A stretch of 64,000 nucleotides of DNA from an uncultured Pseudomonas sp. (GTDB taxonomy: Bacteria; Pseudomonadota; Gammaproteobacteria; Pseudomonadales; Pseudomonadaceae), in NCBI GenBank assembly GCA_964543145.1, contig CAZIWV010000020.1, forward strand, positions 2,802 through 66,801. The letters are read 5' to 3'. Position 1 is the first letter of the stretch. Each line of letters opens with the position of its first letter. The notes under the pieces are model-generated. The model was not told the origin of the DNA and ran no database searches. It worked only from the letters and a program-made list of their open reading frames with translations. The position numbers were made by a program, and so were the translations under genes. This document shows, piece by piece, positions 56,363 to 64,000 of this stretch.

Positions 56363-56923
56363 TTAGCCTTTGCTATGTAGCGCTACCCACTGCGCATAGG
56401 TGTCGATGAACTTCTGCAGAAACGGTTTGATGCTATCGCTCAAGGTGCCGTCTTCAGCGAAGAAACTGCCGGCGCCACCCAGGTAGGCTTCCGGCTGCTG
56501 CAGCATATGCACGTCAAGAAAGACCATGGACTGGCGTAAGTGATGGTTGGCGCCAAAGCCGCCGATGGCGCCCGGGGAGGCGCTGACTACTGCGCCCGCT
56601 TTGCCGCTGAACACACTTTGGCCATACGGCCGTGAGCCGACATCGATGGCGTTCTTCAGCGGCGCTGGCACCGAGCGGTTGTATTCCGGGGTAATAAATA
56701 GCAGCGCCTCGGCAGCTTTTACCTTGTCGCGAAACGCAGTGTAGGCGGCGGGCGCTGGGCTGACGTCGATGTCTTCGTTGTACAGCGGCAGGTCGCCAAT
56801 TTCGACAATCTCCAACTGCAGCGAGGGCGGCGCCAACTCAGCGAGGGCCAAGGCCAGCTTACGGTTGATCGAGGCTTTACGCAGGCTGCCAACCAATACG
56901 GCGACGCGGTGAACCTTGCTCAT
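56363..56923 (-). CDS. NAD(P)H-dependent FMN reductase (ChrR/YieF-like)
   Basis: 186 aa. VAVLVGSLRKASINRKLA and ITPEYNRSVPAPLKNAID are typical flavodoxin-like FMN reductase motifs. Confidence 0.85.
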   Translation of the reverse strand: MSKVHRVAVLVGSLRKASINRKLALALAELAPPSLQLEIVEIGDLPLYNEDIDVSPAPAAYTAFRDKVKAAEALLFITPEYNRSVPAPLKNAIDVGSRPYGQSVFSGKAGAVVSASPGAIGGFGANHHLRQSMVFLDVHMLQQPEAYLGGAGSFFAEDGTLSDSIKPFLQKFIDTYAQWVALHSKG

Positions 56924-57015
56924 ACAGACTCCTTGAACGGTGGGGAAAGGTCGATGTTAGAAAGCGTGAGCAGGAAACTATAGTAAGCCTGTGCGCAATC
57001 GCCCGGCCCAGAGCG

Positions 57016-57915
57016 TTATTGCTGGATAAAGGCGCTAAACAAATCCTGCACAAATGCTTGCTGGGCCTCACTGGGTTGCCGGCCACGATGGCTGCCAAGG
57101 TGAAACTGCACGCTAAAGCCCAGCTGCTCTGGCAATACGGCCCGCAGACGCTTGGCCCGTACCCACGGCGCAGCGATATGGGTGGGCAGATAGGCCAGAT
57201 GGGCGCCAGACAATACAAAGACCAACGAGCCTTCAACCTGTTCACTGCGCGCGCTGCTATTGGCCGACTGCCAGGGCTCGTCCAACTGCAGAAAACGGTA
57301 GGGGTGATGCACGCCATCTTGGTCATGCAGATCGGCCAGGCTTAGGGTTTTGCGGCTGAATAGCGGGTGCCCAGTGGCGCAATACAATGCCTGCTCTTCG
57401 CTAAACAGTAACTGGTGTTCAATGGCGAGCTGAGCACCGGAAAAATAGCCAATGGCCAAGTGCAATTGGTCGTGCAAGAGACGGCGCTCCAGCTCGGCCG
57501 GTGTGGCGCTCATCACGTCGATTTGCACCGCCTGATTGCGTTGGCGAAACAGGCGAATAGCACTGCCGACGCGCTCAAGAATCTGCCCATCCAAGCCTTC
57601 TGAAAGGCCGATGCGTAGCTCGCCTAACAGCTTGTCGGCCATGCCCTGGGCTTCGCCCTTGAACACCTCGATGGCGGTGAGCAATTTGCGCGTGGCAACC
57701 AGCACTTCTTCGCCCTTGGGCGTCAGGCGAAAACCGGCTTTGCCGCGCTCGCACAAGCGAAAGCCCAGGCGGGTTTCCAGCTTGGCCATTTGCGTGCTGA
57801 TGGTCGACTGGCCGATGCCCAGCTCGCCCTGGGCGGCGCTAAAGCCGCCGTTCTCCACCACGCTGATAAACAGCCGCAGCAGTTGCAGATCGAGGTCACG
57901 TACTTGGCTGAGCAT
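57016..57915 (-). CDS. LysR family transcriptional regulator
   Basis: Start at M18 (MLSQVRDLDLQLLRLFISVVENGGFSAAQGELGIGQSTISTQMAKLE, the HTH region). Start at 57930 is also possible. Confidence 0.85.
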   Translation of the reverse strand: MLSQVRDLDLQLLRLFISVVENGGFSAAQGELGIGQSTISTQMAKLETRLGFRLCERGKAGFRLTPKGEEVLVATRKLLTAIEVFKGEAQGMADKLLGELRIGLSEGLDGQILERVGSAIRLFRQRNQAVQIDVMSATPAELERRLLHDQLHLAIGYFSGAQLAIEHQLLFSEEQALYCATGHPLFSRKTLSLADLHDQDGVHHPYRFLQLDEPWQSANSSARSEQVEGSLVFVLSGAHLAYLPTHIAAPWVRAKRLRAVLPEQLGFSVQFHLGSHRGRQPSEAQQAFVQDLFSAFIQQ

Positions 57916-57958
57916 GGCAGGTCCAAACATTGATGAAAGGCGATGCCAAGGTATATCA

Positions 57959-57981
57959 CTTTGCATTTATTCAACGCAAAG
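57959..57981. promoter_or_regulatory. Candidate LysR-type (T-N11-A) binding site in the divergent promoter region
   Basis: CTTTGC-N11-GCAAAG, a perfect 6-bp inverted repeat with an 11-nt AT-rich spacer. It lies between the LysR gene and the binding-protein gene. Confidence 0.45.
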
Positions 57982-58077
57982 CGCGGCGCAGTATCAGGCC
58001 ATCCAGAGCCCCCTGCCATCGCGAATGGCCATGTGAGGGGCGCGGTAACCGTTAACTGCCAGAGGAGATCACCCATC

Positions 58078-59175
58078 ATGCGAATCGCCGCGTGCGCTGT
58101 GCTGCTGGCCGTCACGTTGCCCCTGCATCTGCAGGCCCAGGCCGAAGAAAAAGCCCTGAATATCTACAACTGGTCGGAGTACATCGGCCCCGAAGCGCTG
58201 AAGGGTTTTCAGGCCGAGACCGGTATCCAGATCAAGTACGACGTGTTTGACAGCCCCGAAGCCCTGGACAGCAAATTGCTCACCGGCGGCAGCGGTTACG
58301 ACTTGGTATTCCCGTCTTCCAGCGGCTTGTCACGCGCGATAAAAGCCAAGGCGGTGCAGCCCATCGACCCTACCAGCCTCAAGTTATACAGCAACCTCGA
58401 CCCGGACCTGCTGAGCAAACTCGCCACCTCCGACCCCGGCAACCGCTACGGCGTGCCCTACACCTGGGGCACCATCGGCCTGGGGCTGAACAAAGAGGCG
58501 GTGAGCAAGCGCCTGGGCGAAAACGTGCCGCTCAATAGCCTGGACCTGCTGTTTAAACCCGAATACGCCAGCAAGCTAAAAAACTGCGGCATCGGCGTGC
58601 TCGACTCGCCCCAGGAGGTGATTAGCCTGGCCCTCAACTACTTGGGCCACGACCCCTACAGCACCGCTAAAGCCGACCTCAAAGAAGTCCAGCAACTGCT
58701 GACCGCCCTGCAGCCCAACGTGCGTTACGTCGCCTCCGGCCGGCAAATCGACGACTTGGCCAAGGGCGAGGTGTGCATGGCCCTGAGTTACAGCGGTGAC
58801 GCCGCCACCGCCGCCGCGCGTGCAGTAGAGGCCAAGCAGCCATTCGAGGTGGTCTACCGCATTCCCCGCGAAGGCACCCTGGTGTGGTTCGACACCATGG
58901 CCATTCCCGTCGATGCCCCGCACCCGCAAGCGGCGCTGGCCTTTATCAACTACATGCTGCGCCCCGAGGCCATCGCCGAAGTCACCAATAGTGTGTTTTT
59001 CGCCAACGCCAATAGCGCGGCAACTGCCTTGGTCGACCCAGCCGTGGTCAATGATCCAGATATCTACCCACCCGCCGACGTGCGCGCCCATCTGTTCAGT
59101 GAGCAGATGCAAAGCCTGCCCGAACAACGCGAACGCACCCGCCTGTGGACCGCCTTTCGCAGCCAGTACAAATAA
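58078..59175 (+). CDS. Polyamine ABC transporter periplasmic substrate-binding protein (PotF/SpuD-like)
   Basis: ATG 58078 follows AGAGGAG. Signal peptide MRIAACAVLLAVTLPLHLQAQA. LNIYNWSEYI.. and YGVPYTWGT motifs are typical of PotF/PotD. Confidence 0.85.
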   Translation: MRIAACAVLLAVTLPLHLQAQAEEKALNIYNWSEYIGPEALKGFQAETGIQIKYDVFDSPEALDSKLLTGGSGYDLVFPSSSGLSRAIKAKAVQPIDPTSLKLYSNLDPDLLSKLATSDPGNRYGVPYTWGTIGLGLNKEAVSKRLGENVPLNSLDLLFKPEYASKLKNCGIGVLDSPQEVISLALNYLGHDPYSTAKADLKEVQQLLTALQPNVRYVASGRQIDDLAKGEVCMALSYSGDAATAAARAVEAKQPFEVVYRIPREGTLVWFDTMAIPVDAPHPQAALAFINYMLRPEAIAEVTNSVFFANANSAATALVDPAVVNDPDIYPPADVRAHLFSEQMQSLPEQRERTRLWTAFRSQYK

Positions 59176-59186
59176 GGAGAACCGCT

Positions 59187-60146
59187 ATGGACCAGGCATC
59201 ACGTAACGACCAAGCCATCACCCGCGACAGCCTTTACGGCACCGCCGCCGAAGCCACCTACGGCGGCATCACCAGCTTTATGCGCCGCCGCTACAGCCGC
59301 GACTTGCGCGGCGTTGATGTGGTGGTCAGTGGCGTGCCGTTCGACACCGCCACCACCAACCGCCCCGGCAGCCGCTTTGGCCCACGGGCAATTCGTGCCG
59401 CCTCGACGCAGATGGCCTGGGCCCGGCACTTTCCTTGGGAGTTCGATCCCTTCGATGAGTTGGCGGTGATCGACTACGGCGACTGTGATTTCGATCATGG
59501 CCAGCCGCAGCTCACCCCTGGCGCCATCGAAGCCCATGCCGACGGCATTCTCGCCGCCGGCTGCGCCATGCTGACCCTGGGCGGCGATCACTTCATCAGC
59601 TACCCGCTGCTTAAAGCCCATGCAAAAAAACACGGCACGCTGTCACTGATCCACTTCGACGCCCACAGCGACACCTGGCCAGACGAAGCGGTGCAGCGCA
59701 TTGACCACGGCACCATGTTCTATCACGCCGCCCGCGAAGGCCTGGTCGACCCCGCGCGCTCGGTGCAGATCGGCCTGCGCACCACCAATGACGATGTCAT
59801 GGGCTTTCAGGTATTGGATGCGCGTCATGTGCACCGTCATACCGCGGAGCAGATCGCCGAGCAGATTCGCGCCCGCGTCGGCGACAACCCGGTGTACCTG
59901 ACCTTTGATATCGACTGCCTCGACCCAGCATTTGCACCGGGCACGGGCACTCCGGTGTGTGGCGGACTAAGCAGCCATCAAGCGTTGGAAATTCTGCGCG
60001 GTTTACGCGGTATCAACCTGGTGGGCATGGACGTAGTAGAAGTGGCACCGCCCTACGATCATGCCGAAGTCACCGCGTTGGCCGGGGCTACCATCGCCAT
60101 GGAAATGCTCTGTTTGTACGCGGCGAAACATACGCACAAAGAGTGA
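59187..60146 (+). CDS. speB: Agmatinase (ureohydrolase family, SpeB-like)
   Basis: ATG 59187 follows AAGGAG. Mn-binding motifs GGDHFISYPLL, HFDAHSDT, LTFDIDCLDPAFAPGTGTP, DVVEVAPPYD. Collinear by eye with my memory of E. coli SpeB. The exact guanidino substrate is not certain. Confidence 0.8.
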   Translation: MDQASRNDQAITRDSLYGTAAEATYGGITSFMRRRYSRDLRGVDVVVSGVPFDTATTNRPGSRFGPRAIRAASTQMAWARHFPWEFDPFDELAVIDYGDCDFDHGQPQLTPGAIEAHADGILAAGCAMLTLGGDHFISYPLLKAHAKKHGTLSLIHFDAHSDTWPDEAVQRIDHGTMFYHAAREGLVDPARSVQIGLRTTNDDVMGFQVLDARHVHRHTAEQIAEQIRARVGDNPVYLTFDIDCLDPAFAPGTGTPVCGGLSSHQALEILRGLRGINLVGMDVVEVAPPYDHAEVTALAGATIAMEMLCLYAAKHTHKE

Positions 60147-60233
60147 CGATCAACTTAAGTTGAACCTGGGAGGAGGAGGGTGGGTCCGTTATGGGGTACG
60201 TTTTTTCAACCGAAAAGAAAAGGAACCCCTTTC

Positions 60234-60392
60234 ATGGACTTGATCCGCATCCTGATCGCCATTCTCCTGCCGCCGCTGGGCGTGTTCTTGCAAGTCGGTT
60301 TTGGCGGCGCGTTCTGGCTGAACATCCTGCTGACCTTGTGTGGCTATATCCCCGGCATCGTCCACGCCGTGTACATCATCGCCAAGCGTTAA
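60234..60392 (+). CDS. YqaE/Pmp3 family small membrane proteolipid (52 aa)
   Basis: ATG 60234 follows AAGGAA. ILLPPLGVFL..ILLTLCGYIPGIVHAVYII is the Pmp3 signature. Confidence 0.85.
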   Translation: MDLIRILIAILLPPLGVFLQVGFGGAFWLNILLTLCGYIPGIVHAVYIIAKR

Positions 60393-60411
60393 CAGCCCCC
60401 AACCGGCCAAT

Positions 60412-60440
60412 AAAAAAGCCCCGCTTATGCAGGGCTTTTG
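60412..60440 (+). terminator. Rho-independent terminator after the Pmp3 gene
   Basis: AAAAA-AGCCCCGC-TTAT-GCAGGGCT-TTT. Confidence 0.6.
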
Positions 60441-60443
60441 CTC

Positions 60444-60506
60444 CCGTAGGCTGTGCTGTGCGCGTGCGTTAGACCAGGGGTCGCTTGGTGCGCGCAGCAC
60501 AGGCAC
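60444..60506. repeat. REP-B family hairpin doublet (diverged)
   Basis: CCGTAGGCTGTGCTGTGCGCG..GGTGCGCGCAGCACAGGCAC. Confidence 0.75.
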
Positions 60507-61004
60507 TTAGTTTTGGCTTTCATCCTCTACGGCGTCGGCCAACAGCCCAAGCGAGAAGCCCGAAATCGAGGCAATACTGCCGCGCCACAAGAAACCCTCG
60601 GTCGCCGGAATCTGCCCACTTGGCGAGCTTAGCTTGGCGTCTTTCAGATGCAGGAACTGCGCAGGTGGAGGGGTCTCGCCGTCGGACGTCGGCAAGCGCG
60701 ACTTACCCAATTCGGCATAGTGCGTGCGCAAGCGATCGGCATCTTCCGGTGGCCAGGAGCTGGAAAACGACTCACCAAAGAGGCGGAAGTACTGCTCCAC
60801 GCTGATCAATACGCCGGTAATGACCCCGGCTGGTGTCGACAGGGTGATGCCCACCTGCAGCTCGGTTTCGTTGGTCAGACGCACCAGATCCTGCAAAAAC
60901 CAGTCGGTAGTGCGCCCGTGCCAGGTCAAGTCCTTCATCACCGGGTCGACCAGATCATCGGCCACTTGCTGATGCCAACTTGGTTTTGCATGTTCCTGAG
61001 TCAT
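60507..61004 (-). CDS. GvpU-like protein (gas vesicle accessory protein GvpU family?), function unknown
   Basis: Start at M12 (GGAG 5 nt upstream). ITLSTPAGVITGVLISVEQYFRLFGESF and QFLHLKDAKL..GFLWRGSIASISGFSLG parallel my recollection of Bacillus GvpU (..VNGAVISGTMISAKEYF.. / ..FIHLKNTKIY..IFWRGKIAEVDGFFLG). Confidence 0.5.
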   Translation of the reverse strand: MTQEHAKPSWHQQVADDLVDPVMKDLTWHGRTTDWFLQDLVRLTNETELQVGITLSTPAGVITGVLISVEQYFRLFGESFSSSWPPEDADRLRTHYAELGKSRLPTSDGETPPPAQFLHLKDAKLSSPSGQIPATEGFLWRGSIASISGFSLGLLADAVEDESQN

Positions 61005-61115
61005 CTTCGCTCCATGCTGCCGATGTGGGCAGATCAAAAATTGCGGGGTCTGGTTATGTACGGCTTGTTATCTGCCCAGTGTAGGAGACGTCGGGCGGTA
61101 CAAGCCACTTGTCTG

Positions 61116-61316
61116 TCAGACCATTACGTCAATAGCGTTGCCCAGATTCGGCGGGTTGCTGCCCAGCGACGACATATCCGGAATCGCCTGAATCAGCGCC
61201 AGCGCGCTCTCTGACTGGATATCCAGCGCCTTATTCAGCGTCAGGATCGATACGCTTGATGCGGTTTGCGCGTTTTTCGCATTCGACACGGCGGCTGCAA
61301 TGTTGGAAAGCTCCAT
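61116..61316 (-). CDS. YjfB-like 'putative motility protein' (66 aa)
   Basis: Start at M7 (GGAGG 5 nt upstream). ..TASSVSILTLNKALDIQSESALALIQAI.. and the C-terminal LGNAIDVMV resemble the YjfB family pattern (..SVMKKAMD.Q......L... / LGxxIDIxA). Confidence 0.6.
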   Translation of the reverse strand: MELSNIAAAVSNAKNAQTASSVSILTLNKALDIQSESALALIQAIPDMSSLGSNPPNLGNAIDVMV

Positions 61317-61602
61317 ACGGACCTCCAGATTCATCCTTCACATAGGGTCGACTGGCCGTCAGGCGCCGAAGTTCAAATTTGCTGCGCCGGCCATGCAGGG
61401 TTGAACCTGGGTATCGGCAGCGATTGGCCCAGCGCGAGGCCACTGGTCCCAGCGGCGGGCATTGCAGGGCACATGACTTTTTAAAGTGAAAACATTGCGG
61501 ATCTGCTGTTGTCGGAACACCTAACGATTCAGTCGGTTTTTATCCTGTTTTTAACGAGGAAGCGTTCTGCCGTTTCCGCTGTGTTGTTTTGGAATAGTTT
61601 CG

Positions 61603-63552
61603 ATGTCTCAAGCTTTAGAAGGTTTTCGCCGCGATATCAACGGCTTGCGCGCCTGGGCGGTTGGTGCGGTAGTGCTCTACCACTTTGGTATCAGCGGTAT
61701 TGGCGGCGGCTTTATCGGCGTTGATGTGTTCTTTGTTATCTCCGGCTTTCTAATGACCACCATTATCGTGCGCGGTCTGGAGTCGGGCGGGTTCTCGCTC
61801 CTGTCGTTCTACCTGGCGCGGGCGCGACGGATTCTTCCGGCATTGATGGTGGTGGTGCTGGCGCTGTTGGCGGTTGGTTGGTTTCTGTTGCTGCCCGACG
61901 AATACGAAACAGCGGCGAAGCATGCCTACAAGAGCCTGCTGTTTGTCTCCAACCAAACCTACCTGAGCGAGGCCGGCTATTTCGACCAGGCCTCCCATGA
62001 AAAATGGTTGCTGCACACCTGGTCGTTGTCGGTGGAATGGCAGTTCTACGTGCTGCAACCACTGCTGCTAATGGCCTTATGGAAATTCCTGCCCGGCCGT
62101 AGAAATGTCGCGATTGCCCTGGCCCTGCTGCTAGTCGCCTCGCTTGGCCTGTGCATCGTGCAAACCACTAGCGACGCCGCCGCTGCGTTTTACGGTTTGC
62201 CCACACGCGCCTGGGAATTGCTCGCTGGCGGTTTGCTGTTTCTCGTCGCGCCTTATATGCGTGCTTCGATGCGCGTTCGCACAGTGTTGGAGTGCGCAGG
62301 TTTTGCTCTGATTATCGGCGCCGGTTTGTTGCTGGATGCGCAGAGCCAGTGGCCAGGTTGGCGTGCGCTTATTCCGGTGCTCGGCACCGCGCTGGTGCTG
62401 TTCGCGGCTAATCAGGCGTCGTGGTTTACCGGCTCGCGCATCGCCCAATGGCTAGGGGAGCGCTCATATTCCATTTACCTCTGGCATTGGCCGTTGGTGG
62501 TGGCATTGGTCTATGTGCACAAACTCACTGACCCGCTGTGGGTGGCCGGCGGTCTGTTGCTGACGCTACTGCTTGGCGATCAGTCCTATCGCTGGGTTGA
62601 GGTGCTGGCTCGGCGCCGCGTCGCCCGCCTGCAACCGACTTACGCGACGGCGCTTATCGTGGTTGCTCTGCTTATCTGCATACTGCCAGCGCGCCTGATC
62701 CGCCTACACGATGGCTACCCCCTGCGCGTACCCGAAGCGGTGGCTGTGGTTGCCGCAGAAAAACAAAACTACGACAAACGCCGTTCCGCCTGCGAAAAGG
62801 CCGATGCCAGTTGCGTATACGGCGGCCCGAACATCGCTGCCATCCTGCTTGGCGACAGTCACGCCGCTGCGCTGGTTACCGGCTTGGCTGCCGCGTTGCC
62901 GCATGCCGACCAGGGCGTGCTGCTGCGTGCCTCCTCAGGCTGCTATATCAGCTATTCGAAGACCTTTGATGCAGCCAAAGAAGACTGTAAAAAGCTCAAC
63001 CGCAGTGCTCGCCGGACCTTGGCGCGTGAGTACCCCGGCGTGCCCGTCGTGCTGCTGACCCGCACCACCGGCAACCTGTTTGGCGGCGTACCCGGTGAAG
63101 CCGACCCGGTACTCAAACGTCCAGCGTTTCTGTTCGGCAAGCACGACAGCGGTTTCACCTCCGAATACTTCAGCGAAGTGGAAAAAGATTACGTCGCCAC
63201 CGCCTGCCAAATTGCCAAGCATCACCCGCTCTACATTGTGCGACCCATCGCGGAAATGGGCGTTAACGTACCTGGCACCCTCGCTCGCGGCTTGATGTGG
63301 GGAAAAGAGCGGCCGATCACGGTTTCCCTGAACGACTACCACCGCCGCCACGCCTTTGTTTTGGGGATGCAAGACAAAGCGAAGAAGCAAAGCGGCGCCA
63401 AGATTCTCGATCCGCTGCCGATGTTGTGCGATGGCCAAAAGTGTTCCGCTACGCGTAATGGCCTGCCCATCTACTTTGATGACGACCATCTCAGCGAGTC
63501 GGGCAATAAATTGCTGAGACCGATGTTTGAGGCGGTATTCGAGACGAACTGA
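61603..63552 (+). CDS. Acyltransferase family 3 protein with C-terminal SGNH domain (OafA/YrhL-like O-acetyltransferase)
   Basis: 649 aa. N-terminus RRDINGLRAWAVGAVVLYHF followed by ~10 TM helices. The C-terminal soluble domain has GDSHA and a DDDHLS-type motif. Confidence 0.85.
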   Translation: MSQALEGFRRDINGLRAWAVGAVVLYHFGISGIGGGFIGVDVFFVISGFLMTTIIVRGLESGGFSLLSFYLARARRILPALMVVVLALLAVGWFLLLPDEYETAAKHAYKSLLFVSNQTYLSEAGYFDQASHEKWLLHTWSLSVEWQFYVLQPLLLMALWKFLPGRRNVAIALALLLVASLGLCIVQTTSDAAAAFYGLPTRAWELLAGGLLFLVAPYMRASMRVRTVLECAGFALIIGAGLLLDAQSQWPGWRALIPVLGTALVLFAANQASWFTGSRIAQWLGERSYSIYLWHWPLVVALVYVHKLTDPLWVAGGLLLTLLLGDQSYRWVEVLARRRVARLQPTYATALIVVALLICILPARLIRLHDGYPLRVPEAVAVVAAEKQNYDKRRSACEKADASCVYGGPNIAAILLGDSHAAALVTGLAAALPHADQGVLLRASSGCYISYSKTFDAAKEDCKKLNRSARRTLAREYPGVPVVLLTRTTGNLFGGVPGEADPVLKRPAFLFGKHDSGFTSEYFSEVEKDYVATACQIAKHHPLYIVRPIAEMGVNVPGTLARGLMWGKERPITVSLNDYHRRHAFVLGMQDKAKKQSGAKILDPLPMLCDGQKCSATRNGLPIYFDDDHLSESGNKLLRPMFEAVFETN

Positions 63553-63573
63553 GTGGTTGCGGCTTCGCGCTGT

Positions 63574-64000
63574 TTAAGCGCTCTGCGCCTGCATAAGTGG
63601 CGCCGCACGAATAATGCGTTCGACGCCTTCCTGCTGCTGGAAAAGCAGCGCCTGTTCTTGCAGCCAGGTGCAGAAAGCTTCTATCTGCGGTCGGTTGGCC
63701 AGTTTTTTCAGGAACACGGCGTACACCGCATCGTCTTCGACCACATCATCAAACAGCGGTATCAAACGGCCGCGCGCCACTTCGCCGGCCACCAGTACGT
63801 GGCGGCCCAAGGCTACGCCGCGAGCATTCAAGGCGGCGCCGACAATCAAGTCCGCTTGGTTAAAACGGTAGCCGCCGCTGCAGTCCACATGCCGCACTCC
63901 GCGTGCACTCAACCAGCTCTGCCAGGATGTCGCCAGCTTGGCGTGGGGCAGGGAGTCGTGCAGCAGCACGGTACGGCGCAAGTCGCCAGGCTCGCGCAGA
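63574..64000 (-). CDS. LysR family transcriptional regulator, C-terminal effector domain (partial, N-terminus beyond window end)
   Basis: The frame stays open to position 64000 (..LREPGDLRRTVLLHDS..). The GcvA-like C-terminal region (..LIVGAALNARGVALGRHVLV..) is recognisable. The HTH region lies outside the window. Confidence 0.7.
   Translation of the reverse strand, partial: LREPGDLRRTVLLHDSLPHAKLATSWQSWLSARGVRHVDCSGGYRFNQADLIVGAALNARGVALGRHVLVAGEVARGRLIPLFDDVVEDDAVYAVFLKKLANRPQIEAFCTWLQEQALLFQQQEGVERIIRAAPLMQAQSA

Noticed and set aside
55946-56409. Plus-strand ORFs 55946..56194, 55971..56366 and 56086..56409 in the endonuclease/FMN reductase spacer.
   Set aside because: They overlap the GacA box, the rsmY-like RNA and two terminator hairpins. 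Their translations are low-complexity with no SD. The non-coding RNA interpretation explains the region better.
60147-60233. Possible guanidine-type riboswitch in the speB-pmp3 spacer, given the guanidino-compound context.
   Set aside because: I could not find the paired ACGR-loop hairpins of mini-ykkC or the guanidine-III pseudoknot pattern. The only local complementarity is GTTGAA/TTCAAC. A cmsearch would be needed to revisit this.
61411-61418. Sigma-28 -10 element (GCCGATAC on the minus strand) about 95 nt upstream of the YjfB-like gene.
   Set aside because: No acceptable -35 (TAAAG/TCAAG) lies at the expected distance. An isolated 8-mer is insufficient.

Overview
GC-rich (roughly 60-65% by eye) chromosomal segment with Pseudomonas-type gene content and order. 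I saw no rRNA, tRNA, CRISPR array, transposase, integrase or phage genes. It is mostly core metabolism in three blocks. (1) 1-22.9 kb holds a complete glycine-betaine to serine catabolic island: dgcA(3' end)-dgcB-ETF pair, gbcA/gbcB, ltaE, glyA-soxBDAG-purU-fdhA. A chemoreceptor, a GST and a 636-aa orphan membrane protein are embedded in it. (2) 23.6-47.3 kb holds creBC-(CBS)-creD, small membrane ORFs, a cNMP/CBS nucleotidyltransferase plus exonuclease pair, glcB, GNAT, gcvR-like, rarD, srkA, comF and bioBFHCD. (3) 47.4-64 kb holds three paralogous ~600-aa acyl-CoA dehydrogenases interrupted by a GGDEF protein, an endonuclease-I-like gene, an FMN reductase, a LysR-PotF-SpeB-Pmp3 agmatine/polyamine module, a GvpU-like/YjfB-like pair and an OafA-type acyltransferase. 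Signals the ORF track cannot show are: an rsmY-like Gac/Rsm small RNA with a perfect GacA box (55949-56149); three REP-type palindromic repeat families; a ~350-bp dispersed element in direct orientation on both sides of glyA-fdhA; two short tandem repeats, one forming an MGQP-repeat uORF fused by ATGA to the purU start; and candidate PsrA, BirA, LysR and CreB operator sites. I found no convincing complete novel system. The best candidates of unknown function are the mini rod-like protein plus SprA-related pair, the YjfB-like plus GvpU-like pair, the DUF294-type nucleotidyltransferase plus DEDD exonuclease operon, and the ltaE-linked 636-aa membrane protein. All family assignments come from motif recognition by eye and memory, not database searches. 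Many CDS starts were moved downstream of the ORF-track start to the first ATG/GTG with a Shine-Dalgarno-like sequence.
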